A DNA stretch of 61,038 bases, from NCBI GenBank assembly GCA_964600225.1, contig CAZRIT010000006.1, forward strand, positions 4,132-65,169, given 5' to 3'. Source of the stretch: an uncultured Oscillospiraceae bacterium. Lineage in GTDB: Bacteria; Bacillota; Clostridia; Christensenellales; CAG-138. The translations under genes were made by a program, and so were the position numbers. How positions within the stretch are numbered: position 1 is the stretch's first letter; the number at the start of each line of letters is the position of its first letter. Below, piece after piece: positions 40,100 to 49,401 of this stretch. The notes under the pieces were generated by a model. That model ran no database searches, was not told the DNA's origin, and worked only from the letters and a program-made list of their open reading frames with translations.

Positions 40100-40624
40100 A
40101 TGCGCCTGTTTATTGCCATACCGCTGCCCACGGATGTGCGCCGCACGGCGGCCGCGGCGCAGGCGGCGCTTGTTGCGCATGGCGCCAAGGGGCGCTTTGT
40201 CCCAAGCGAAAACTTTCATATTACATTGCATTTTATCGGCGAAAGCGAGGCGCTGACGGAGGCGGTGGCGGCCATGCACTTGGCGGCGCGCGATATCCGT
40301 CCGTTTGTGCTGCGGCTGGGCGGCTACGGCGGCTTTGGCGGCAAAAAGGGCAAAACGGCGTTTCTTTCCGTCTCCTGCGACAGCGGAGAGCTGGACCGCC
40401 TGTACGAATCGCTCGAGAGCGCGCTGTGGGAGCAGGGCTTTGCGGGTAACCGCGGCCGCTTATCGCCGCACGTCACGCTGGGACGCAACGTACAGCGGGA
40501 CGAGGGCTTTGCCGCCCCCGCGGCCAACGCGGCGTTTACGGCGGGCTCGATTGTTTTGTACGAAAGCCGCGCCGTCCCGGGCAGGATGCAGTACCTGCCG
40601 CTGCACACGGAGAAGCTGACATGA
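40100..40624 (+). CDS. thpR: RNA 2',3'-cyclic phosphodiesterase (2H phosphoesterase, LigT/ThpR)
   Basis: Two HxT motifs, HITLHF and HVTLGR. 174 aa. Confidence 0.85.
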   Translation: MRLFIAIPLPTDVRRTAAAAQAALVAHGAKGRFVPSENFHITLHFIGESEALTEAVAAMHLAARDIRPFVLRLGGYGGFGGKKGKTAFLSVSCDSGELDRLYESLESALWEQGFAGNRGRLSPHVTLGRNVQRDEGFAAPAANAAFTAGSIVLYESRAVPGRMQYLPLHTEKLT

Positions 40625-43600
40625 TCGCGCGATTAAAGGTGCTGGCGGGCCGCGCGGGCACGGGCAAGAGCGACGCGCTGTTTGCCGCGCTGGAGCGGGA
40701 TCGGCAAAACGGCGTGCGCTCGGTTTTGATTGTGCCCGAACAGAGCACGTTTGAGGCCGAACGCGTGCTGGCGGATCGGCTGGGCGGGCTCATCGGCGTG
40801 CAGGTGCTCTCATTCGGGCGGCTTTGCGAAAGGGTGCTTTCGCAGCACGGCCACACGCGGGCGTTTTTATCGCAGCAGGGGTACGATATGGTCATCCGCC
40901 GCGCGTGCATGCTGCATCGGGCGGAGCTGACCATATTCGGGCAGGCGGCGCAAAAGACGGGCTTTGCCGCGACGCTCAGGGAGATATTCTCCGCCTGCAA
41001 GCGCGCGTCGATCACGCCCGAGGATCTTGCCAACGCCATCCGAAAGCTGCCAAGCGATGCGATGCTGACCCATAAGCTTTGCGATATTCGGTTACTGTAT
41101 CAGGAGACCGAAACCTACCTGTCCTCGCGGTATCTGACCGAGGACGATGCGCTGCACGCGGCCTGTCGGCTGCTGCCCAATTCCTTTCTGTCCGACGTGC
41201 CTATCTATATCGATGGAATCGACCGCCCGAGCAGGCGGCTGTTTGAGCTGATCGGGGCGCTGATGGAGACCGCGTCCGATATGACGGTGACGCTGCGCAT
41301 GGATATGGACGGTGCGAACAGCGGCGCGGACGACGGCGACCTGTTTGGCCCCGATTGGAACGTGTACCGTGCGTTATCGGAGCTGGCTGCCAAGCGCGGC
41401 GTCCGGGTAGAACCCGTGCCCATGCGCGCCTATACCAAAAAGCTGCCGCCGAGCTTACGGCATCTGGAGCAGCACCTGTTTGCGTTTTCCACGGCAAGGT
41501 TTGTCTCCGATGCGTCCGCAATCACGGTATTCGGCGCGACCGACCGCCGCGTCGAGGCGGAAGCGCTGGCAAGGGAAATTCTGCGAAAGGCCCGCGCGGG
41601 CGTGCGGTTTCGGGAGATGGCGGTGATCGTATCCGATATGGATGCGTACGCGGGGCTGATCGAGCGAGCGTTTCAGGCCAATGGCATTGCGGTATTCTTC
41701 GATCGCAAGCGGCCGCTGACGGGGCATGCCGCCATCGATGCGGTGCTGTCGGCCATGCGCGCGGCGACAGGCGGCTACGCGGCCGCCGATGTGCTGCGAC
41801 TGGCCAAAACGGGCTATGCCAACGTATCCGAGGACGACGCGGAGGAGCTGGAATTATACCTCCTGCGCACGGGCGTGCGCGGCAGCGGCTTGACAAAACC
41901 GTTCACCCGCGGCGAGCCCTCGGCGGCGGCCGAGCGCGCGCGATGCGCCCTGGTGGAACCGCTGGAAAGGCTGCGCGAGGGGCTTACGGCCAAAAGCATA
42001 CGCGATAAAACGCTTGCGCTGTACGCGTATTTGAACGATATCGGGCTGGAGCGGCAGCTAGGCGACCGCGCGGAGGCGCTGCTGCGGGCCGAGCGCATCC
42101 CGCTGATGGAGGAGCACGCGCAGGTGTGGAACCTGCTGACCGCGCTGATGGATCAATTGGTGACGATCCTTGGCGATCAGGAGCTTGTGCGCGCGGACTA
42201 TCAAAGGCTGCTGGAGGAGGGCTTGAGCGGCGTGGGCATTGGCGTCATCCCCGATACGGCCGACGCAGTGCTGCTGGGCGACGCACAGCGCACGCGTTCC
42301 CGCTCGGTCAAAGCGCTGTTTGTGGTGGGCGCCAACGAGGGGCTTTTGCCCCGCGCGCGCACCGACGATGGGATCATCGACGATGCGGAGCTGACCCAAC
42401 TGGAGGCAACGGGCCTGACGGCGTGGGGCAGGAGCGGCGCGCAATCGGATATGGATCGGCTCGATCTGTACACAGCGCTGAGCAAGGCCAAGTCGTCCCT
42501 GTACGTCAGCTACGCGCTCACCGCCGATGGCGCGGAGCAGGCGCCATCGACGTTGGTGACAAGGCTTTTGACGCTGTTTCCGAATTGCGTGCGCGGCACG
42601 GATTTGGAGCAGGATGACGAGCTGCCGCTCAACGAGAGCGCGGGCTTAAGGCTGCTCACAAAGCTCATGCGCGCGTATGCCGACGGCGAAGCGGATGCAA
42701 GGCTGCTGTCGCCGCTTATGCACTGCCTCAGGCAGCGCCCGCAGTACAGGGTGCGCGTGCGCCGCATGGAGCAGGCGGGGCAGCGGCGCGACGATGCGGC
42801 GGGGCTGGGCAAGGCGCTTTCCCACGCGCTGTACGGCGACAGGCTGCGCATGAGCGCCAGCCGATTGGAGCAGTTCAACCAATGCCCGTTCAAGCACTTT
42901 GTGCGCTACGGCTTGCAGGCGGCGGACAAGCGGGAGTTTACCGAGCGCGCCATCGATCTGGGCACGTTCTATCACGATGCGCTCAACGCCTTTTTGCGGC
43001 ACATTCTGGATACGGGCGCGGATATCGGCGGCATGACGGAGGCCGAGGCCGACGCCGCAATCGATCTGGTGCTGCCCGCGGTGATTGCCAGCCACAACGG
43101 CGGGATATTCCTGCATGCGCCAAGGCTCGGCGCAACGCTGTTTTTGATTGTGAATGCGGTCAAGAGCGCCGCGCGCGCCATACTGCGCCAGATGCAGGCG
43201 GGTGCGTTTACGCCGCTGGGGGCCGAGGTGCGCTTTGGCGAGGGGCAGGCGTTTCCGCCGATTACGCTGACGCTTGCCGACGGCGCAACGGCGTATCTTT
43301 CGGGCGTCATCGACCGCGTGGACGCCGCCGATACGCCCGACGGGCGCATGATGCGCATTGTGGACTACAAGCTGGGCAATCGGGATTTCGATTTTTCGGG
43401 GATACTGCACGGGCTGACGCTGCAGCTTCCGCTGTACCTGGCCGCCGCCATGCAAGGTGGCGACGCGGCGGGCATGTACTACATGCCGCTGCGGATGGAG
43501 CATGTGCCCGAGGGCGAGGATGTATTGGCCGCGGCGAAGGAGGCGTTTCGGCTGCGCGGGCTGACGCTAAGCGACGTAAGCGTGCTGCTGGCCAGCGACA

Positions 43601-43923
43601 AGCGCATGGAGGGCGGCTCGGAGATATTGAAGGGCGTGCGCCGCGCGCCCGACGGCGCGTACGTCGGCAGCCTCTGTACCCGCGGGGAGATGCGGCAATT
43701 GATCGAACAAGCCGTGGCCGTATCGGAGCAGACGCTCGATCGGATGCTGTCGGGCGAGATTGCGGTTTCGCCCGCCGAAAACGCCTGTAAATATTGCGAT
43801 TATCGCAGCGTCTGCCGCTTCGACCCGACGGTGCGCGGCAACCGCACGCGCAGCTATCCCAACCTCAAACAGCAGGAGTTTTTCGCTTTGATCGGGGGTG
43901 ACGCGCATGCAGCAGACGACTGA
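40621..43923 (+). CDS. addB: ATP-dependent helicase/nuclease subunit B
   Basis: 1100 aa with N-terminal GRAGTGKS and C-terminal RecB-type nuclease and Fe-S cysteines (QCPFKHF ... CKYCDYRSVC). Confidence 0.92.
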   Translation: MIARLKVLAGRAGTGKSDALFAALERDRQNGVRSVLIVPEQSTFEAERVLADRLGGLIGVQVLSFGRLCERVLSQHGHTRAFLSQQGYDMVIRRACMLHRAELTIFGQAAQKTGFAATLREIFSACKRASITPEDLANAIRKLPSDAMLTHKLCDIRLLYQETETYLSSRYLTEDDALHAACRLLPNSFLSDVPIYIDGIDRPSRRLFELIGALMETASDMTVTLRMDMDGANSGADDGDLFGPDWNVYRALSELAAKRGVRVEPVPMRAYTKKLPPSLRHLEQHLFAFSTARFVSDASAITVFGATDRRVEAEALAREILRKARAGVRFREMAVIVSDMDAYAGLIERAFQANGIAVFFDRKRPLTGHAAIDAVLSAMRAATGGYAAADVLRLAKTGYANVSEDDAEELELYLLRTGVRGSGLTKPFTRGEPSAAAERARCALVEPLERLREGLTAKSIRDKTLALYAYLNDIGLERQLGDRAEALLRAERIPLMEEHAQVWNLLTALMDQLVTILGDQELVRADYQRLLEEGLSGVGIGVIPDTADAVLLGDAQRTRSRSVKALFVVGANEGLLPRARTDDGIIDDAELTQLEATGLTAWGRSGAQSDMDRLDLYTALSKAKSSLYVSYALTADGAEQAPSTLVTRLLTLFPNCVRGTDLEQDDELPLNESAGLRLLTKLMRAYADGEADARLLSPLMHCLRQRPQYRVRVRRMEQAGQRRDDAAGLGKALSHALYGDRLRMSASRLEQFNQCPFKHFVRYGLQAADKREFTERAIDLGTFYHDALNAFLRHILDTGADIGGMTEAEADAAIDLVLPAVIASHNGGIFLHAPRLGATLFLIVNAVKSAARAILRQMQAGAFTPLGAEVRFGEGQAFPPITLTLADGATAYLSGVIDRVDAADTPDGRMMRIVDYKLGNRDFDFSGILHGLTLQLPLYLAAAMQGGDAAGMYYMPLRMEHVPEGEDVLAAAKEAFRLRGLTLSDVSVLLASDKRMEGGSEILKGVRRAPDGAYVGSLCTRGEMRQLIEQAVAVSEQTLDRMLSGEIAVSPAENACKYCDYRSVCRFDPTVRGNRTRSYPNLKQQEFFALIGGDAHAADD

Positions 43924-46900
43924 GCAGCTTGCGGCCATCCGCGAAAGCGGCAACCTGATCGTCTCCGCGGCGGCGGGCGCGGGCAAAACCATGGTACTCA
44001 CCGAGCGCGTGGCCATGCGTATCACCGAGGGCACGGAGGTGCCCAACATCCTTGTTTTAACGTTCACGCGCGCGGCGGCGGCGGAGATGAAGGCCCGCAT
44101 CCGCAAGCGCCTGACGGAATTGGCCAACGAAGCAACCGATCCCAAGCGCCGCGCCTACCTGAAAAACCAAGTGCGGCTGGTGGACGGCGCGTACATTTCC
44201 ACCGTGCACGCTTTCTGCGCGCGCGTGCTCAAAAGGCACTATCATGTGGCGGGGCTGTCGTCCGATGCGCGCATTGCGGACGAAACGGAGACGGCGGTAA
44301 TCATCGAACAGGTCAAGGATGCGCTGTTGACGCAGCTTTCCGTGGAGGAAAACGCCGATTGGCTGCGGCTCTTGGCTGCGTTTGGCGGCGAGGACGCCGC
44401 GTGGCGCGCGCTGATGTCGCTCAATGCCTTTCTGCTTTCCCAGCCCGATCCGAACGGCTGGCTTGCCGAGGCGCTGGGCCGCTACGACGGCGAGCAGGCG
44501 CTGCAAAAACAGCTTGCCGCCGTGACGGATGCATGCAAACAGGAGCTTTCCGTTGTCATCGACGGGCTGACGGCGGCGCGGGATGCGCTGCCGCCCGATT
44601 GGGGCGCGGTCATCGGCGTGCTCGACGACGATTTGATGCGCTACCGCGCTATGCTGCTCAGCGACGGCTACGATGCTTACCGCAGCGGCGTGTACGACAT
44701 GGCGCACCAGACGCTGCGCTTCCCGCGCGGCACGGCGGAGGCCGAAAAGCGCCCCGCACGCGAGCCGCGGGAGCTTGGCAAGGCCATGCTGAAGGCGCAA
44801 AAGGAACGGCTCAGGCACACCGCCGCGGAGGAACTGGCCGCCATGCGGTCCGTGGCGCCCGTGCTGGCGGCGCTGGCCGCCGTGTGGCGCATGTACGATC
44901 ACGACTACACCGAAAAGAAGCGCGCCAAAAGCCTCATGGACTATGGCGATTTGGAGCATTTGACGCTCAAGGCGCTGGCCAACCCCGCCGTGGCAGCGGA
45001 GTACCGCGCACGGTTTTCCATGATCTGCGTGGATGAGTATCAGGACAGCAACCGCGTGCAGGAGGCCATCCTCAACGCCATCCGCCGCGACGACAACGTG
45101 TTTTTGGTGGGCGACGTCAAGCAGTCCATCTATCGGTTCCGCCTGGCCGAGCCGACGCTGTTTTTGGAAAAGCTCGGCGCGTTTACGGGGGAACGGGGCA
45201 GGCGCATCGACCTCAACCAAAACTTCCGCAGCGCGCGCGGCGTGCTGGACGCCGTCAACGATACGTTTGCGGCCATCATGACCGAGCGCGCGGGCGAGAT
45301 GGATTACGATGAACGCGCGCGGCTGACTGTCGGCAACATCGGGCTTTCGGGCGGGGCGGAGCTGCACATCATCGAGCGCACGGTGGCTTCGGATGACGGC
45401 GCTGCGGAACCCGTTGCCGACGCCGAGGCGGAAGCGCGGCTGATTGCCGCGCGCATCCAGGCCTGCATGCAGCACGAAACCATACTCGATGCGGGCGTGG
45501 CGCGGCGGCCAAGCTACGGCGATTTTGCGGTGCTGATGCGTTCCGCCACCCATGCGCGCACCGTTGCGCACACGCTTGCACGCTGTGGCGTGCCCTGCTA
45601 TGTGCAGCGTAACGGCGGGTACTTCGATTCCATCGAGGTGCAGATGCTGCTCAACTTCCTGCGCGTCATCGATAACCGCAGGCAGGATGTGCCGCTGCTT
45701 TCGGTCATGCGCGCGTCCATAGGCGATTTTTCGAGCGCGGAGCTGGTCGATATCCGCACCCGCCGCCGTGACGGCGCGTTTTACGAGGCGCTGACGGCCG
45801 CGGCAAACGACGACGATGCATTGGGGCGGAAGGCGCGGGCATTTTTGGATTTGCTGGAGCGCTACCGCGCGGAGAGCCGCCTGATCCCGGTGGAGCAGTT
45901 GATCGGCATGCTGCTGGACGAAACGGGCTTTTACGAGGAGATGGGCGCAAGCGTCAACGGCGCTTCCCGTCAGGCCAATCTGGACGCGCTGCTGGCCAAG
46001 GCGCACGCGTTCGAGGCGGGCGGCGGGCGCGGGATATGGAGCTTTGTACGGCACATGGATCTGGCCGGGAACAACGCCTCCTTTGGCGCGGCGGAGACTG
46101 CGGGCGCGGATGTGGTAAGGCTTCTGACCATCCACAAGTCCAAGGGGCTGGAATACCCCATCGTGTTCGTCTGCCAACTGGGCGCCAGGTTCAACCTTGC
46201 CGCCGACAGCCCGTGGCTGATGCTGCACGGGGAGCTGGGGCTGGGCGCGCGCCGTCTGGAAAACCAAACCATGCTGGATACCGCCATGCGCAAAACCATC
46301 GTCGCAAGGCTGCGCAGCGAGCAGCTCAGCGAGGAGATGCGCGTGCTGTATGTTGCCATGACGCGCGCCAAGCAGCGGCTGATACTCATTGGTTGCATGA
46401 ACAACGCCGCCGAACGGCTGGCGGATGCGCCGACCGAGCCGTCGCCGCTGACGGTTTTGAGCCAATCCAGCCCGCTTGCGTGGCTGTTGATGAATGCGCA
46501 TCGGGCGTTGCCCGTTACCGTGCATGAAAAGAGCGCCCTTGCGGCCGGCCTGCCCGAGGAGCACGCGCGCACGCTGCCGCCGCCCGACCCTGCCGCAGTG
46601 GAGGCGCTGGAGGCGCGCTTCCGCCTAAGCTACGATTTCGGCGCGGCCACGGTGTTGCCCGCCAAGGTGGCCGTCAGCCGCATCGGCGAGGCGGCAAAGC
46701 GGCTGCCCGTGTTTGAAACGCCCGCGTTTGCCATGCGCGATCAGGCGCCGTCGGGCGCGTTCATCGGCACGGCCGTGCACGCGGCGCTGCAATATCTGCC
46801 GTCGGATGGGAGCTTGCGCGCGGAGGATATCCCCGCATGGCTCGACGGCCTTGCCAAACGGGGCGTCATCAGCCCCGAGCAGGCGGCTGCGGCGGATCGG

Positions 46901-47275
46901 AGCATCATCGGCTGGTTTTTGGAAAGCGATCTGTGGCGGCGCATCTGCCAAAGCCCACGCGTGGAGCGCGAGCTGTCGTTTTCCGTCGCGGTGGACGCAG
47001 CAAAGCTGTTTGAAACGGAGGCACAGGAGCGCATCCTGCTGCAGGGCGTGATCGATTGCTGCTTTATGGAAAACGGCAAATGGGTCATTGTGGACTACAA
47101 GACCGACCGCGTGCCCGAAAACGCGCGCGTGGAGCCGTATGCCATGCGGCACGCTGCGCAGGTACGGTGGTATGCCGAGGCATTGGAAAAGCTGACCGCA
47201 ACAGCGGTCAGCTCGGCGTACGTTGTGATGCTGCGCGCAAAGGCGAGCGTGGATGTTAAAAATACAGGTGGGTGA
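43907..47275 (+). CDS. addA: ATP-dependent helicase/nuclease subunit A
   Basis: UvrD-like motifs AAAGAGKT, VDEYQDSN and TIHKSKGLEYP, with a C-terminal nuclease (VDYKTD). The ATG at 43907 is preceded by GGGGGTG. Confidence 0.95.
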   Translation: MQQTTEQLAAIRESGNLIVSAAAGAGKTMVLTERVAMRITEGTEVPNILVLTFTRAAAAEMKARIRKRLTELANEATDPKRRAYLKNQVRLVDGAYISTVHAFCARVLKRHYHVAGLSSDARIADETETAVIIEQVKDALLTQLSVEENADWLRLLAAFGGEDAAWRALMSLNAFLLSQPDPNGWLAEALGRYDGEQALQKQLAAVTDACKQELSVVIDGLTAARDALPPDWGAVIGVLDDDLMRYRAMLLSDGYDAYRSGVYDMAHQTLRFPRGTAEAEKRPAREPRELGKAMLKAQKERLRHTAAEELAAMRSVAPVLAALAAVWRMYDHDYTEKKRAKSLMDYGDLEHLTLKALANPAVAAEYRARFSMICVDEYQDSNRVQEAILNAIRRDDNVFLVGDVKQSIYRFRLAEPTLFLEKLGAFTGERGRRIDLNQNFRSARGVLDAVNDTFAAIMTERAGEMDYDERARLTVGNIGLSGGAELHIIERTVASDDGAAEPVADAEAEARLIAARIQACMQHETILDAGVARRPSYGDFAVLMRSATHARTVAHTLARCGVPCYVQRNGGYFDSIEVQMLLNFLRVIDNRRQDVPLLSVMRASIGDFSSAELVDIRTRRRDGAFYEALTAAANDDDALGRKARAFLDLLERYRAESRLIPVEQLIGMLLDETGFYEEMGASVNGASRQANLDALLAKAHAFEAGGGRGIWSFVRHMDLAGNNASFGAAETAGADVVRLLTIHKSKGLEYPIVFVCQLGARFNLAADSPWLMLHGELGLGARRLENQTMLDTAMRKTIVARLRSEQLSEEMRVLYVAMTRAKQRLILIGCMNNAAERLADAPTEPSPLTVLSQSSPLAWLLMNAHRALPVTVHEKSALAAGLPEEHARTLPPPDPAAVEALEARFRLSYDFGAATVLPAKVAVSRIGEAAKRLPVFETPAFAMRDQAPSGAFIGTAVHAALQYLPSDGSLRAEDIPAWLDGLAKRGVISPEQAAAADRSIIGWFLESDLWRRICQSPRVERELSFSVAVDAAKLFETEAQERILLQGVIDCCFMENGKWVIVDYKTDRVPENARVEPYAMRHAAQVRWYAEALEKLTATAVSSAYVVMLRAKASVDVKNTGG

Positions 47276-48065
47276 TAAACTGATCAACCAGCACCAGCAG
47301 CCCCAGCACGCCCGTATAGACGGCAAAGCCCCAGAGCTTCTTTTTCTTGATGGCGCGTAGCATCAGGTTGATGGCAAAGTAGCCCACCATGCCCGCCACC
47401 AGCATGCCCGCCAGCACGCACGTCCAGTGGATGCCGCCGACGCCCTCCGTAATGGCGTCGGGAATCTCCAGCACCGCGCCGCCCAGGATGGCGGGGATGG
47501 ACATCAGGAACGAAAAATCCGCGGCGGCCTTGCGCGTCAGCCCCGTAAACAGCGCGCCCGAGATGGTGCTGCCCGAGCGCGAGACGCCCGGCAGTACGCC
47601 CACGGCCTGCATGCCGCCGATGGCCAGCGCATCTGTCCATTGCATCGTGGAAAGCTTTTTCTGCTTTGCGCGCGGGCGGCGAACCAGGTCGCTGACCGTC
47701 AGCAGTACGGAAGTCAATAAAAAGCAATAGCCCAGGTACTGTCCCTGTTCGGCCGCGGCATAAAAGCGATCGAACGGGGATACCTTTTTAAAAAGCATTG
47801 CGATGATGACCGTGGGGACGGTTGCGATGATGAGATAGAGCACCACCTGGTTAAGCGGGCGGCGAATCAGCTTCCAGACCAAATTCCAGTATACGATCAG
47901 CACCGCAACCAGCGTGGCCAGATGCAGCATCACGGAAAAGAACATGGCGCCCTCGGTGATGCCGAACATCCTCGACAACAGCAACAGGTGTCCGCTGCTG
48001 CTGACGGGCAAAAACTCACACAACCCCTGTACCAGCCCCAATAACATGGCTACCCAAATCGTCAT
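47256..48065 (-). CDS. uppP: Undecaprenyl-diphosphate phosphatase
   Basis: Start MTIWVAMLLGLVQGLCEFLPVSSSGHL, with PGVSRSGSTI. Its 3' end overlaps the convergent addA by 20 nt. Confidence 0.92.
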   Translation of the reverse strand: MTIWVAMLLGLVQGLCEFLPVSSSGHLLLLSRMFGITEGAMFFSVMLHLATLVAVLIVYWNLVWKLIRRPLNQVVLYLIIATVPTVIIAMLFKKVSPFDRFYAAAEQGQYLGYCFLLTSVLLTVSDLVRRPRAKQKKLSTMQWTDALAIGGMQAVGVLPGVSRSGSTISGALFTGLTRKAAADFSFLMSIPAILGGAVLEIPDAITEGVGGIHWTCVLAGMLVAGMVGYFAINLMLRAIKKKKLWGFAVYTGVLGLLVLVDQFITHLYF

Positions 48066-48175
48066 TTTCGGTTCCTCACAGCTTGTAACATATCTTTTAT
48101 CATACACCGTGGCCCGTCCGAATACAATGAAAATGAGGGAAAGAATCTTACAGCTCGGAAGGGAAGGCGGAAGCT

Positions 48176-49348
48176 ATGATCGAAATGGAGTTTATCCCGT
48201 TGAAAACGCCCGATGGTTTGACGGCGGGCCATGCAAGGGTGCGCGACGGCATCGTTACGCTTTCGATGCGGCGGCCGATGAACAGCGGCGCGCTGGTGTT
48301 TACCGACAGCGGCGTGGGCAGCGGCGGCACGGACAAACCCCTGCACGTCGGCGGGCACATCAGGGCCGTGGCGCTGCATGCGGGCGGCAAGCTGCTGTGC
48401 GGGGGCTTTGCGCGCGGCAGCGGCATGTCGGAGCAACAGCTGCATGCAGGGGTGGCGGCGTTTGCCGAACAGGCCGTGCCAAAGCCCGCCGCGCAGCCGA
48501 CGCCCGTGCGGCAGGCAGCGGCGGAACAGCCCGCGCGCGCGCAGGCGGAGCCGTCGGCAAAGCGGGAGCATGCGCCCGTTCCGCCGCCCGTGGAAGAGAT
48601 GACGGATATGGACGCGGTGTCGGACGAGCTGCCGCGCGGCGAACGCGTGATACTGCACGCGCTGGATCGGCTGCGTGCCGATGAGGAATTCAGCCGCGCG
48701 CTGACCGAGGAGCAGGAGGAGGAGGACGTCAAGCCGTATGTGTTCCGCCGCAGCGCGCCGATGCAGCAGGAGGCGGCCGATGCGCCGACGGCGGAAGCGC
48801 CCGTACCGAAAGCGGCGCAGCCCGTTGCGGCCGAGTCGTCCGTCCAAGCGCAGCCCGCCGAGGCGTACGACGCGGACGACGCGGCCCGCGCAGCGGGCTC
48901 GTTTGCGGCGTTGATGCGCCGTGCCGACAAGGTGTTCCAAAAAATTGCCGTCAGTACGCCCGCGGAGCCCGCGGTCGGGGAACGCAGCCGTTTGGAGGCC
49001 ATCCCCACCATCGCCATGGAGGCCGAGCGCAGGCCGTACGGCAACGTGGAGCCGTTCCCGCCGATCGGGGAAAGCGGGTATGGCGCATATGAAAAGCCGC
49101 CGATGGCGGCGGCTGTGGAACGGCATCCCATTGAAAACCCGTTTCCGCACATATTCCCGTCGGCACGGTTTGTCAGCGAAAGCGACGCCGATGGCGAATG
49201 GCTGACGGGCGAATGGGAGCGCGGGGGCGAGCGCATGGTGATTACCGCGGTGCTTGGCGAGTATGCGCCGCAGCCGCCCGCGCACCTGGCGGGCTATACG
49301 CGCTACATCCGCGCCAAATCGGGCGGGTACTGGGTGCGGGTCAGGTAA
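48176..49348 (+). CDS. Hypothetical protein with small N- and C-terminal domains joined by a long Ala/Pro/Glu-rich linker
   Basis: 390 aa ORF with a plausible RBS and non-random end domains. No family was recognised. Confidence 0.5.
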   Translation: MIEMEFIPLKTPDGLTAGHARVRDGIVTLSMRRPMNSGALVFTDSGVGSGGTDKPLHVGGHIRAVALHAGGKLLCGGFARGSGMSEQQLHAGVAAFAEQAVPKPAAQPTPVRQAAAEQPARAQAEPSAKREHAPVPPPVEEMTDMDAVSDELPRGERVILHALDRLRADEEFSRALTEEQEEEDVKPYVFRRSAPMQQEAADAPTAEAPVPKAAQPVAAESSVQAQPAEAYDADDAARAAGSFAALMRRADKVFQKIAVSTPAEPAVGERSRLEAIPTIAMEAERRPYGNVEPFPPIGESGYGAYEKPPMAAAVERHPIENPFPHIFPSARFVSESDADGEWLTGEWERGGERMVITAVLGEYAPQPPAHLAGYTRYIRAKSGGYWVRVR

Positions 49349-49401
49349 CGTCCGCACCCGTTGGAAAGGTCATACAATAGGGAACGTCATATCATCGGAG
49401 C

